This document shows, in pieces, positions 16,369-36,244 of a stretch of 64,000 nucleotides of DNA. The position numbers were made by a program, and so were the translations under genes. The stretch lies in assembly GCF_009914755.1 (NCBI RefSeq), contig NC_060930.1. One strand, written 5' to 3'. Each line of letters opens with the position of its first letter. Position 1 is the first letter of the stretch. Source of the DNA: the human T2T-CHM13v2.0 reference genome, Homo sapiens. The notes below the pieces were generated by a model, which was not told where the DNA came from, searched no databases, and was given only the letters and a program-made list of their open reading frames with translations.

Positions 16369-18438
16369 TAGAGCCTTCCTGGATGTCCCACCCATGTCAT
16401 TATGATATGCAGTAGCCTGAGCAGTTTGTATAGCTACCCCTAGTTGCAAGGGAGGTTCTTTATTTTTTGGTTGTTGAATTATTTTATTTTTTATATGTGT
16501 CTTTGTTTACCTTATTATTTTTTAAAATAAAAAATTGCATATATTTCCAAGAAAGTTTTTAAGCGGAATAGATTGCTTCTCTGAACTAAAAGTGATTCTG
16601 TTAGTGAAGAATGGATACTGAGTGGCCAACAACAGCATTTCCCACAGATCATTGTGGAGATGCTAGTTTCATGCTCTGAGACAGGAAATATAGGATGAGT
16701 AGCAGGCCTCAGTGGAAAGACAATAAATTCAGTTATGGATGTGTTGTGTTTGAGGTTACTATGAGTTATCCAGCTGAGATATTCAGTTGAATAAGCACGA
16801 CTAATGATAATCTGGGGGGGTTCTTGACCTATAGATGACAGTTGGCCCTTCTCAATAATAATTGTTATTGATTATGTGTTTGATTATTTTTAGGTATCAA
16901 AGCAGGTTGGTTATTTGGTTCTTAATAGCAGTGGCCTTCAAACTAGAATATTCCTGGAGTACCTGAAGACTTTCCAAGGGTCATGTGAGCACACACAGTT
17001 CTAAGGGAATCAATTTCTAGGTTCTCAAATTCCATACATACTCTTACTTGAAACTGATCTGCCTGAGAACCGGCTGCCATATTTAGGAAGGGTCTTCATT
17101 GTCACCCACTTCCACAGAACTCCTTCTCCCACTTTAGGGACCTCTACCAAGCCAGAATTTTATATTACATCACTTAACTATAGATTTGTTGTAAGAAATC
17201 ACATTATTTTCTTGTTTTATAATTTATTATAAAAATGAAAAAATCCTATTACCTCTACATAATGACTTTATGACTTTTAGCAATCTACTTTATGAAATGT
17301 TCTTCATAATTTAATAAATTTAATTTATTAAATTTAAATTTAATGGTTTTTGCAATGTTCCTTAAAATCCATATCAACATATTTATTTGAATGGAAACTG
17401 AAGTCCTTCTGAAGAATGTAAGCCTAACGTTGCCTTTGCCAATCAGGTTGGATGGCAAACATTTTCCACAGATTCAGTGAGCTAAATCTGTTGTCTTAGG
17501 TCATCAAAGTTTTGACATAAAATATATTGAAAACATGTGAGAAGATAAAAATAATTTTATTAAAAATTCTGAATTGGCTAAGGTACATTAAAAGAAAGAA
17601 ATTTTATTTTCCCAACCCCTTTGAATATCTCTTACTTTAGAAAATGCCTTTGAGCCAAAAATAACATATATATTTAATAACCATTTGATAAGTCTTGGCA
17701 AGCCTTTCTTGGAGAAAACCCTGATACCTGGATAAAAACCTCTTTGCAAGCCAGGTGGTTTCCAACTCTTTTCATCTAACAAAATTGAAGACAAGCTTAA
17801 TCAAGCTGTCATTTGCTAGAACATGAAAAATAATGTTATGATAGATCGCTAGGTGATTTTTGACATAAAATTTAGAACGAGTTGAAAGGATTGACTGATT
17901 TTTGTTTCAGCAAACCTTTTCTGTCCCCATTTATTCACATAAGCAAGATTTCTTAGCCCTTACATTTATAAAATGAAAACAAAAATGATGTCAAATCATT
18001 TTCATATTATTAATAAATACTATTCATGGATAGACATATGAACTAATTTTAAAAACAAAGCACATTCATCTCATAAAGAGATGCACTCCCAACAAAAATT
18101 TTCTTTTATGTTTAATAATTTTCTATCAAAAGTGTCAGCATGTTGATCTGTTTTGATCAACTGTGTATTAGCAATTGTAATGGCAGAAAATGTTAATTAG
18201 AGCATTATGAGCACATAAAGTAAAAAGTGTTCAATGTATATACACAATTGTGCAGATCATATGATGTGGTGATCTATAAAAGATTTTTAAGCATAGAATG
18301 ATACTACATTTGGATAAATTTATGTGGAGTAGGTAGAATAGAATTAGCAGGGGACAAAGTGAAATTTTTGACTGCTAAAAGCAACTTCTTGTTCAGATCT
18401 TTTAAAACCATACACTTATGAGTATCACACTTCTAGGG

Positions 18439-18790
18439 CAGCAGTCCTCAACCTTTTTGACACCAGGGACCAGTTTGGTGGAAGACAATTTTTCTGTGAA
18501 TGGGGGGAGGGGATAGTTTCTGGATGATTTAAGTGCATTACATTTATTGTGCACTTTATTTCTATTATTATTACATTGTAATATATAATGAAATAATTAT
18601 ACAACTCACCATAATGTAGAATCAGTGGGAGCCCTCAGCTTGTTTTCCTGCAACTAGACAGTTCCATCTGGGGTGATGGGAGACAGTGACAGATCATCAG
18701 GCATTAGATTCTCATAAGGAACTTGCAACCTACATCCCTCGCATGCACAGTTCACAATAGGGGTAGCACTCCTATGAGAATCTAATGCCT
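18439..18790. mobile_element. MER1A (truncated) nested in Charlie
   Basis: CAGCAGTCCTCAACCTTTTTGACACCAGGGACCAGTTTGGTGGAAGACAATTTTTC; AGATCATCAGGCATTAGATTCTCATAAGGA. Confidence 0.88.
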
Positions 18791-18792
18791 GA

Positions 18793-19464
<672 letters not shown>

Positions 19465-19518
19465 TAGTTTGAATACCACTACCATATCCCATTGTCATTC
19501 ATGGAAGCTGGCCCTTCG

Positions 19519-20086
<568 letters not shown>

Positions 20087-21311
20087 TGTTGAAGCTGGAC
20101 CTTTAGATGCCCCTGGACACGAGTCCCCATGTCAGTTTGCCATGCTCAACACACACATCACCCTTGTGTGCCTGGTTCCTCTTCCAGAGCTGGGGTCAGT
20201 GCCCAGGCTCCATGCTTTCCCTAGGAGGGGATGTTATTACGGCAAGCCCTTTTGGGGCTCCCCAAGAGCTGATACTGAAGGCATTCTGAGACTATGAGGA
20301 CTAACCAGATAGCTGGAGAGAACCCTGGATGACACTCCACAATGGGGACTTAAGGCTTAAGTCTTCTGGTGAAATTGAAGACTATGTGACATCAAAGGCC
20401 AGAGAAGAGGTTGGGAGGATTCAGGGGCTTTGAAAACGGAACCCAGCAGCCACTGAGTTGAGGCTTTGAGGTCTGAATAAGCAAAATGATACTGTTTGTC
20501 ACAATTCATTTCTTTAAAAAAGAAAGACAAAAATGTTTTTAGCATACAGAAAAATATGGAGAATATTATGGGAAGTATCCATGTTCTACTCACCATAATT
20601 GGATGTCATCATTTTGCTAAATTTGCTTCAGCTCTTCCCGATGAACTTCTAACTGTATCAGCAATATATCAGGAATGTTTTAGTTTAGGAAAACATGATA
20701 TTATGGTGTGAAAGAAATTTTTAAAAATAAACACAGGCACTGCTCATCGTATCCTTGAAATTTACCAGTTTCTGGTCCTTGGTCGTGTGGGTTTCATAAT
20801 AATATACAGTTGAGACTTCCTATGTTTACGTTATGACTACCTTGAAGTTTGAAATCCTTGAAGTATCATCAGTATCCTCAAGAAACTCCTTTCTAGGCTA
20901 CCAGTTCAAATTTGGCTTGAAATCACTGGAGTGGCTGAAAAATAATTACAATTCCTCATGTTCACTGACATCATAAAGACTATCATTAGAGTAATTTAGA
21001 CATCATCTGTTTCCAAAATTTTATCATGCGTTCCACTCACTGATCCAGACAACCACACATCTATTATCAAATAAATGTGAAAGTGGGTGTTAAGTTGAGC
21101 CTACACATGGCTTAGTTCTTTTGTCTACTTGGCATCCTCTTAGGACTTATGTGTTCAGTATGTGTGGTTGTAGTTGGCTGATATTGTGATAAGCAGATGC
21201 CATGTCCCTTTCAACAAGCGTCAAAGGATTTCATACTTGTGATCAGGACCAACAGGAAGAATTACATTTTTTATTGGCTCAGTAGATATAAATACATATT
21301 ATATTTAAAAA

Positions 21312-21313
<2 letters not shown>

Positions 21314-21353
<40 letters not shown>
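21314..21353. repeat. (TA)n microsatellite, ~20 units
   Basis: Perfect TA run. Confidence 0.95.
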
Positions 21354-21356
<3 letters not shown>

Positions 21357-21371
21357 TTTCTTTTGGTTTCA

Positions 21372-21760
21372 CCTGGTTGAATAGTGTCCCCCCAAAATGC
21401 ATATTCACCTGGAATCTCAGAATGTGGCCTTATTTGGAAATAGGGTTATTGCAGATATAATTAGTTAACATGAGGCCATACTGAAGTGGAGTGGGCCCTG
21501 AATCTAATATGACTGTTGTCCTTATAAGAAGAGGAGAAGAGACACAGTGACAGACACACACAGGGAAGAAGGCCATGTGGAGAAAAGGACAGAGATTGCA
21601 GTTACACAGCTGCAAGCCAAAGAAGACCAAGGATTGCCAGCAACCACCAGAGGCCAGGAAGAGGCAAGGAAGGGTTCTCCCTTAGAGGCTTCAGGGAGAA
21701 CGTGTCCCTGCCAGCATCATCCAGTTTGTAGTATTTTGTTATGGCAGCCCTAGGACACTA
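21372..21760 (+). mobile_element. MLT1C-like MaLR LTR inside a Charlie4-like fragment (~21250-21995)
   Basis: AGAATGTGGCCTTATTTGGAAATAGGG...TTTGTTATGGCAGCCCTAGG. Confidence 0.8.
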
Positions 21761-22125
21761 TATATGTATATATATATATTTTTTCTATCTATCTGTCTTT
21801 CTTGTGTGTGTATACATTAGAATGTTTCCCCAAAATAACACTTATGTATATTGTTCACAATACATTTTGATATTTTATTTCTGGGTAGAATCCATTCTAT
21901 TTTGTTCAATTTTTTAAAGATTGGGCTATGAAAAAATCAATTTCATTAGGATGCTATGTTCTTTTCAATAAATCTGCAGCATGGAAAACACTAGATGCTC
22001 CTAAAGGAAAAAGAGTACATTATATATTGAAAAATACCTAAAGAGTTTAATAATTAATGCAAAAAAGGCATCAATGTCACGTGTCTTATATTGGCATCAT
22101 TACTACATTAAATAAAAGTCCCCCA

Positions 22126-22441
<316 letters not shown>

Positions 22442-22599
22442 TTAATGTACTTTCCAAAAATATGTGAATATTTATGTGTCATGATACAGGGACTCTACAT
22501 ATAACACAGATAGGAAACCCACTTTCTATTCAACTCAGTGACACCTGAAATTGCATGAATAGAGCTGTGTATAATAACTGTGTATCTCTAAGTTTTAAA

Positions 22600-23307
<708 letters not shown>

Positions 23308-23379
23308 CTATTTCTAGTTTGCCAGATTTTGTCCTAGGTTCAGCTAGTCATCAGCTTTTCTATTTGTTTCTGCATTAGT

Positions 23380-24738
23380 ATAAAATACAAATATTAAGGT
23401 ACAAAATAAGCTTTTATAGTGAAGCAATCCAAGTACACAACGGCTTGAATAAGACAGCAATATAAATCTGTCACCTGACAGTCCAGAATTAATCAGGCCA
23501 GTACCAGTGGGGTGCTCTGCCATTCTCAATAAGTGTCTTCTCTTTCCCAAAGCTCATTTCCCAGGCAGCAGGAAAGGGGAAAGGGTGGGGAGCACACACC
23601 CCTTCCTTTTGTGGGGCACTACAAAGAGACAGAAGTCACTTCTATTCGCATTCCATCAGCCAGAATTTACTAACATGACAATACTAAACTGTAAGGGATG
23701 CTGAGAGATAGATTTGATACTGTGGCAGTCATTGTCCCTTAATGGATTTTAGTGGACAATTAGTCTCTACCACAGTCCCTCCCTCTTGCTTTCCAAATAT
23801 GCATACTCCTCACATACTGAATGCATTCACTCCTTCCCTGAAGGAGACAATCCAAACACCCTTCCAGTGACTAAAACCAACTCAGAGTCCAAGATCTCTG
23901 GGTGGTGTGCCATCCTCTCCGGCAGGGCTGGAAGTGGATCATTGGGTTTGCTGGCCCATAAATGAATAGAAAAGTGTTATGTCCTCCACCCCACACCCAA
24001 AATACATGGAGAAGTAGGAATGGGGTAATTTCCATAAGTATCTCATTTAGAAAAGCAAAGAATGGGAAGCACATGGCAGTCATTAGTTAATGGGAATTAT
24101 GAATTCCTGCTAGGTGGGAATAGGGAAAACTTGAGTCCTGGCAATGAAGTGAGGTCCTTGATTAGGCCCTAGATCTGCTTCCTGGAAGGAGCATTCCTGT
24201 CCACTTTCCTCCACAGCTCATGTCTTTGCTCTCTTGGTCCACTAGCCTCACCGGGGGGGTGCTGGAGAGTGTGCCCTTCCTGTGGCAGACAATCCTGTTA
24301 GTGCAACATTAAAGGCTTGGGTTGCTTTAAAGGTCCAAGAACGTATGGATCTGACACCCTGGGGAGGTACTCTTCCTGAGACTGCTACTAGAGCCGTGAG
24401 TTCAAGAGTGCAGCTTTGCAGCTGTGTTCCAGCGGTCAGGAAGCTGGAATCAAGGCATGACCATTGCTGCTCAACTGCCCTCCACACCTAGGAAGCTGAG
24501 AACAGGAACTGGGACATTGCTGCAGAAAAAAATGACCAAAACATTGGCATCAATATGGCCTCCATCTCATTTCTCCCTTCTACTTCTCCCAAGATTCATG
24601 TACTGGGCAGAGTACAATGCATATCCAGAACCCGAGCTGTAAGGGGGTTTGGAAAGATCATTTTTAGATGTCCAATCTTTCTAATCAGAAGGAGGAGGGG
24701 TTGCATGTTGAGGTAGCCAACTCACAGTCTCCATCACA
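23380..24738 (-). mobile_element. MLT1J-like LTR (to ~23774), MLT1 internal sequence (to ~24260), then MLT1H/I-like LTR
   Basis: CTAAACTGTAAGGGATGCTGAGAGAT and CCAGAACCCGAGCTGTAAGGGGG MLT1 motifs; ends in CCACA/TCACA. Confidence 0.55.
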
Positions 24739-25754
24739 AGGTTTATAAAGGAGTGTCTATTTTGATAAGTAATTTCACTGTGAGTTTCAGTGATGTTGAT
24801 TTAGGAGATCTTGGTGTCCAGTTAGAAGGACTTATGTCCTGTAACTTGGGGGAAAAGTGGTTTTGTTTTGTTTTGTTTTTTGGAAAATCCCAGAGCCCCT
24901 TTGTGAATGTCAGCATGCAATAGTTGATGCCCCCAAGGCCTCCAGCAAGGGCAGGCAATATAGATTGTGCCAACACAACTCTCAAGGGCCAGCATTGACT
25001 GAAATGGCAAAATAGGGAAGGGATTAAAGAGACCCTGGCACTTTCTCATCAATCTAGGGACAAATGAGAACTTCTTGGACCTACTCTGGGGCTGAACTGG
25101 AGTCATTTGCTTTTTTCCAGATTAATGGCAAGATGACAAATGGCATGTCTGGTTTTGTAGCCTTAATAACACCATCTCCCTGTAATAAATATAGTATCAT
25201 GACTGTGGTGGCTGGCGCTATTGGCACAGTGACTCACTATGAATGCTATTATTAACACCACAACCCTTTACAATGAAATCTGGGTAAAGAGGTTGCCTAT
25301 TTGTCACTGTAAAGTGGTAATATACTAAGTGGTAATTTTGTAGGCTGAAAGGGGGAAAAACTTAATTCAGCTTCCTGTGCACCTCACCATTAACCATGGT
25401 TTGGAGTTAAGGAATTATTGGACTCATTTGCTGTTTGTTTTTCATGAGCCACATTTAAACAATGAAAACAAATCTGATTGTTAGTACTATGCCTTAAGAA
25501 ATTTTCTGCAACACTGTAAAACTGTATAAATGATAGGTTATGTATAATAAAAATACCGTCATATTTTTTGGCTTACTATATGTAAGTGTTTTGAATCTAG
25601 AATGAAGATTTCTTCCCAGTAAACTATTTGGTGAGACCCTGCAGTTTGTTATGCTCTGAGTATCTGATTCTCTCACTCTCTCTCTTTAACACACACACAC
25701 ACAGATGCACAAACACACCTTTTATCTTTATCTAGTTTTGGGAGGCCAATATCA

Positions 25755-25965
25755 CTTGATAGTTAAGGTTTGGACTTTGGAGTTAAGCTCCATTGTGGCC
25801 TCATTCTGAGACTTGAAAGTTATTTAACTCCTCTGAGCTTCAGCTGTCTCACTGACAATTATTGTTATAGGACCAGCCTCTTGTTGTTGAGGAACTACGT
25901 GAGATAATGTCTGCAAAGTGCTTAGCTCAGAGCATGGCATATAGTAAATGCTCATCAAATGTGAT
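25755..25965 (+). mobile_element. MIR
   Basis: TTATTTAACTCCTCTGAGCTTCAG...GCATGGCATATAGTAAATGCTCA. Confidence 0.7.
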
Positions 25966-27574
25966 TCCTTTTATTTTTAGCCATGTTGTGAAATGTTATT
26001 GTACTAGACTTGTGTTTAAATTTTTAAAGAGTTCATTTTGGAGGAAATGGCATGAGTAATAAGCATATGTTATTTATCAGAGCACTCGTAACTATATCAC
26101 GACAAAATAACAGAAAAATGGTATTTACTATCAGCACCAGAGTTCAAGTCTGTATTTTATAGCTTAACTTCGATGCTTAAAATAGCAGCATCAGCTCTTT
26201 TAGTATATTGTACTTATATTAACTATATTAAAAACTACATTACATAATTTATAACATGGCGATAAAAATGTGTAACCTATATGCAAGGGGGCAGAACATG
26301 AAATAGTAAAATAATTTTTAGATACTATAAGGGTTTTCTGCAGGAAAAGCAGTTGCAAGCCTGGTTGCAAAGCCTGCATATTAAATGCAGATCTTTTTGT
26401 CCCTTACCCTGAAGCTGTGGAAGAGATCTTTTCAAAGGGGATCCAGGAAGCAACTATAGAGAAAAGAGCCATCTATTCCTAAGGAACTTAATCCTCTCCA
26501 CCAAAAACCACAGGGGTGGCAGAAATGGCTCTTCTAAGCATGATGTGAGCACAGATCCAAGATTCAGGAAGACAGTAGGAGCATGAGAGCTGACAATTAG
26601 AGTGAACAACAGACACCCAGGAAGAGACCAGGTGTCTACTGAGCCTGGTAGTAAGGATGGACTAGAGGGTGCAGAGAGCCAGAAAGGGGTTACTGACCTT
26701 GTGGTACTGGAGCCAAGGTGCGTTTCCTTGGAAGATCGTCTTCAGGTGTTGGTGGGCACAGAGAAATCACTGGTTTGAGAAGGCAGAGCAAAGAACAAAA
26801 AATTACAGAACAAATCAGGAGTCCAAAAATCTTCAGGACCTGACAGCGAAGGATCCTGCACTCAGTGACGGGTTTAATACTGTATATGAATGAACACAAA
26901 TGCCAACAGTGATAGGAAATGGGATATAATAGCCCTGCAGTTACTATGGTCACCTGATGGAAGGCAAAAAGCCTAAGGAAATTGCAGGGAGAATCTTGCG
27001 AAGTCAGAACTACTTCAAAAGAGTAATCTGGCAAGGTCAGGCCTAGAAGTGGGGAAAGGGTGAGGCTACGGACTGTGACAAAGACAAGGCTCTGGCCCTG
27101 CTCACAGGGCTAGAAACATTTACCAGTTCTTTAATGAAAAAGCATGTACGGACTGCATGGAAACCACCCCTGCGTGTTACTCCTTATAAATAGCAGGACA
27201 CGAATATTTATCCAGGCTAAGAGCAGAGCAAATCCGTAGCATAGCCTGGATTCTTCCCAATTAATCTCTTTATACTCTCAATCTCCAACATAAAGAATTC
27301 TATTCCGTTGTTATTAAAGAGGAAATTGAATGAAAATAAATAACTGAATCTCAATAGACCAAGAGGACCATTTGCTTGAAAAAATAGCCTGATTAAATTG
27401 CAGTTTTAATAAGAGTGCATGTTTTGGAGTCAGCCAGATTCAGGTCTGAGACCTATCTCTAGCACTAAGTGGAGGACTGTGAGCTCATTAATTAAACTCT
27501 ACTGGCATGAATTCCTCCTGTGAAAATTGGGAACAATGATGTCAACCTTGCAGGTTTAAAAAATTTTAAGATTA

Positions 27575-28233
<659 letters not shown>

Positions 28234-29148
28234 TCATTTGGAATGAGGTAGGTGGCCAATACATGTTAGTCTCTTTTCTCTTGATTTTAACATTGCCAGA
28301 AACACAGACTCAGGTATAAGTCTGATGGGCACCCCGACAGGTGTGACCATGGGCCAAGTATCGCTAAGTTGTGCAGGCTTCCAAAGGGACTGCGAAGGTC
28401 TCTGGAGTCAAACTGCCTGGGCTCAGAACCACTCCATCATTTTCTGACGTGGGAGGAGTTACTTACTCTCTCTGTGGCTCAGATTTCTTACCTATCAAAG
28501 AAGATAGCAATGTCCACTCACAGGGGTTTTTGAGTGCTAAGTGAAATAATCCACATAAGGCATTTGGGATGATCTGAGACAGGCAGGACTGAGGTGAAGT
28601 CCATGGAGACAAAGTTCCAGGGATGTTGAGATAGACATCTCTGGAGTTGCCTAGCTAGGTGTTGGTCAAAGGTAGCAACAGAGGGCAGCATGGTGATTGC
28701 AAGGCCCCTCCCAGACTCTGTGGGTGATTTTAAATTAGTCATAGTAGCCTTCCAAAGAGCCTTTCTGACATAAGTACAGAACCTGGGAATGGCCCATTCT
28801 GCTCAAATATAATAATGCCATCCAACTTGGTAGAGCCAGCCTCTGTGGCAGCCCACTCCCCTAAGGCTAGCTTTGGATGGGTAGCCTTTACTTAAAATTG
28901 TACTTTTTAATTTTTTTTTCTGTCTGCTTTTTTAAAATATTATTATTATACTTTTAGTTCTCGGGTACATGTGCACAACGTGCAGGTTTGTTACATATGT
29001 ATATATGTGCCATGTTGGTTTGCCGCACCCATCAACTCATCATTTACATTAGGTATTTCTCCTAATGCTATCCCTCCCCCAGCCCCCTAGCCCCCAACAC
29101 ACCCTGATGTGTGATGTTCCCCACCCTGTGTCCAAGTGTTCTCATTGT

Positions 29149-32971
<3,823 letters not shown>

Positions 32972-33034
32972 TATGATATTAGCTGGTTATTTTGCTCGTT
33001 AGTTGATGCAGTTTCTTCATAGCATTGATGGTCT

Positions 33035-34055
33035 TTACAATTTGGCATGTTTTTGCAGTGGCTGGTACCCGTTGTTCCTTTCCATGTTTAGTGCTTCCTT
33101 CAGGAGCTCTTATAAGGCAGGCCTGGTGGTGACAAAATCTCTCAGCATTTGCTTGTCTGTAAAGATTTGATTTCTCCTTCACTTATGAAGCTTAGTTTGG
33201 CTGGATATGAAATTCTGGGTTGAAAATTCCTTTCTTTAAGAATGTTGAATATTGGCCCCCATTCTCTTCTGGCTTGTAGGGTTTCTGCAGAGAAATCTGC
33301 TGTTAGTCTGATGGGCTTCCTTTTGTGGGTAACCCGACCTTTCTCTCTGGCTGCCCTTAACATTTTTTCCTTCATTTCAACCTTGGTGAATCTGACAATT
33401 ATGTGTTTTGGGGTTGCTTTTCTTGAAGAGTATCTTTGTGGCGTTCTCTGTATTTCCTGAATTTGAATGTTGGCCTGCCTTGCTAGGTTGGGGAAGTTCT
33501 CCTGGATAATATCCTGAAGAGTGTTTTCCAACTTGGTTCCATTCTCCCCATCACTTTCAGATACACCAATCAAATGTAGATTTGGTCTTTTCACATAGTC
33601 CCATATTTCTTGGAGGCTTTGTTTCTTTTTACTCTTTTTTGCTCTAAACTTGTCTTCTCACTTTATTTCATTCATTTGATCTTCAATCACTGATCCCCTT
33701 TCTTTCACTTGATCAAATTGGCTATTGAAGCTTGTGCATGCATCACGAAGTTCTCATGCCATGGTTTTCAGCTCCATCAGGTCATTTAATGTCTTCTCTA
33801 CACTGTTTATTCTAGTTAGCCAGTCATCTAATCTTTTTTAAGGTTTTTAGCTTCCTTGTTATGAGTTTGAACATGCTCCTTTAGCTCAGAGAAGTTTGTT
33901 ATTACCGACCTTCTGAAGTCTACTTATGTCAACTTGTCAAAGTCATTCTCTGTCCAGCTTTGTTCCTTTACTGGTGAGGAGCTGCAATCCTTTGGAGGAG
34001 AAGAGGCACTCTGGTTTTTAGAATTTTCAGTTTTTCTGCTCTGGTTTCTCCCCAT
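33035..34055 (-). pseudogene. ORF1: L1 ORF1, disrupted
   Basis: ATGGGGAGAAACCAGAGC start; fragment 33142-33594 (KRPNL..ENFPNLARQANIQIQEIQRTP..ARREW..YPAKLSF); frameshifted. Confidence 0.9.
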
Positions 34056-34636
34056 CTTTGTGGTTTTATCTACCTTTGGCCTTTGATGTTGGTGACCTAC
34101 AGATGGAGTTTTGGTGTAGATGTCCTTTTTGTGGGTGTTAATGGTATTCCTTTCTGTCTGTTAGTCTTCCTTCTAGCAGTCAGGTCCCTTAGCTGCAGGT
34201 CTGTTGGAGATTGCTGGAGGTCTACTCCAGAACCTGTTTGCCTGGGTATCATCAGCAGAGGCTGCAGAACAGCAAATATTGCTACCTGATCCTTCCTCTG
34301 GAAGCTTTGTCCCAGAGGGGCACCCACCTGTGGAGGTGTCTCTTGGCTCCTACTGGGAGATGTCTCCCAGTTAGGCTACATGGGGGTTGGGGACCCACTT
34401 GAGGAGTCAGTCTGTCCGTTCTCAGAGCTCAGACGTCATGCTGGGAGAACCACTGCTCTCTTCAGAGCTGTCTGACAGAGGCGTTTAAGTCTGCAGAAGT
34501 TTCTGCTGCCTTTGGTTCAGCTATGCCCTTCCTACAGAGGTGGAGTCTATAGAGGTAGTAGGCCTTGCTGAGCTGCAGTGGGCTTTGCTCAGTTTGAGCT
34601 TCCCAGCCACTTTGTTTACCTACTCAAGCCTCAGCA

Positions 34637-34972
34637 ATGGTGGATGCCCCTCCCCCAGCCATGCTGCAGCCTCGCAGGTTGATCTCAGACTGCTTCACTA
34701 GCAGTGAGCAAGGCTCCGTGGGTGTGGGACCCACTGAACCAGACACAGGAGAAAATTTCCTGGTTTTCCAGTTCCTAAGACTGTGGGAAAAGCACAGCAT
34801 TTGGGCAAGAGTGTTCCATTTTTCCAGGTACAGTTTGTCGTCACAGCTTCCCTTGGCTAGGAAAGGGAAATCCCCTCACCCCTTGCACTTCCTGGGTGAG
34901 GCAACGCCCCACCCTGCTTCGGCTCACCCTCCGTGGGCTGCACCCACTGTCCAACCAGTCCCAATGAGATGA
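34637..34972 (+). CDS. ORF0: L1 antisense ORF0 homolog, open (111 aa)
   Basis: MVDAPPPAMLQPRRLISDC...SVGVGPTEP aligns to primate ORF0 (MAGAPPPASLPPCSLISDC...SVGVGPSEP); Kozak GCAATGG; expression unknown. Confidence 0.6.
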   Translation: MVDAPPPAMLQPRRLISDCFTSSEQGSVGVGPTEPDTGENFLVFQFLRLWEKHSIWARVFHFSRYSLSSQLPLARKGKSPHPLHFLGEATPHPASAHPPWAAPTVQPVPMR

Positions 34973-35058
34973 ACCAGGTACCTCAGTTGGAAACGTAGAA
35001 ATCACCATCTTCTGCATGAATCACACTGGGAACTGCAGACTGGAGCTGCTCCTATTCA

Positions 35059-35068
35059 GCCATCTTGG
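35059..35068 (-). promoter_or_regulatory. L1 5' UTR YY1 site
   Basis: GCCATCTTGG (CCAAGATGGC on the L1 strand) at the L1 5' end. Confidence 0.75.
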
Positions 35069-35134
35069 AAATGAAGACCTACTTTTTAATTTCTTACTTG
35101 CTTATTTTCCTTTTCTGTCATTAAAATGTAGCCT

Positions 35135-35464
35135 AGCTGGTGGCAGTGGCTCATGCTTGTAATCCCAGCACTTTGAGAGGGGATGGTAGGTAGATCTCTT
35201 GAACACAGGAGTTCAAGACTAGCCTGAGCAACAAGGAGAAACCCCATCTCTACAAAAAATGCAAAAATTAGCTGGGCATGGTGGTACATGCCCGTAGTCC
35301 CAGTTACTCTGGAGGCTGAGGTGGGGGGATGGCTTAAGCCTGGAGGCAGAGGTTGCAGTGAGCCAAGATAGTGTTACTGCACTCTAGCCTGGGTGACAGC
35401 ACAAGATCCTGCCTCAAAATAAATAAATAAATAAAATATAATAAGTAAAATAAAAAACAAAAAA
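35135..35464 (+). mobile_element. AluJ
   Basis: Diverged dimer with (TAAA)n tail. Confidence 0.88.
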
Positions 35465-35563
35465 GGAAATTTATTGGCTCATATAGCCAACAGGTGCAAA
35501 GGTTGAATCCATAGTCCGATACAAGTAATCGGGCATTGTGAATGCCACTTTCCTCTGTGCTGG

Positions 35564-35932
35564 TGTCATAGGTTTGAGATGAAGAGTTGTTGAATGCAGG
35601 CAGTTTGCTGGGAAGTGCTCTCAATAGAAACATGGCTAAGGGGAGTAAAGAAAGCAAGATTGGGCATGGGAGGCAGCTGATTCTGTGATGAGCTCTGGTA
35701 CTGAATAAACCTATCTAGGGTTGTTTGGTCTTGAGGAAAGGGGACTGGGCCTTTATAAGCTCTCAGCCCCAAATCCATCAGTCCTTGGGCGAGGTGGCTT
35801 TTCTTGCTGAGGGCAATTCATGGAGAACAACTTAGCTGAGAGCCATCAGCTGCCAATATTCCAAGAAGCTGGAAACATCAATGCCCCAGTCCAGAGGGAG
35901 TGATTTGGGCAGTGTGCCATGCATCCAGTACA
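35564..35932 (-). mobile_element. LTR16C-like ERVL LTR inside an MLT1K-like fragment (~35465-36235)
   Basis: TG...CA ends; AAGCAAGATTGGGCATGGGAGG and CTGAGGGCAATTC motifs. Confidence 0.55.
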
Positions 35933-36244
35933 GTTGACTTTATTTTCAGGCAGCATCTATCCATGTGCCACCCAAGATGGCGACCTGCAGTTAGGCTTAC
36001 ATGGTGGTCCTGGGCCCCTGCAACCTTTCCTGATAGTAATAGTGAAAGTCCCAGCAAGGGTTTTGATTGGTTTGATTTGAGTCATGTGACCATCCCTAAA
36101 TCAATCATAATGCCAGGGCAATAGGCTTCTCTGATTGTTCAAGTCTGTATTGTATGTCTACTCCTGGAAGCAGTGGTGATTTTTGAAAAAGATTACTGAA
36201 AAGAGGATTTCAGTTCAAAACTGACAGTTGCCTATACAGCCTAC

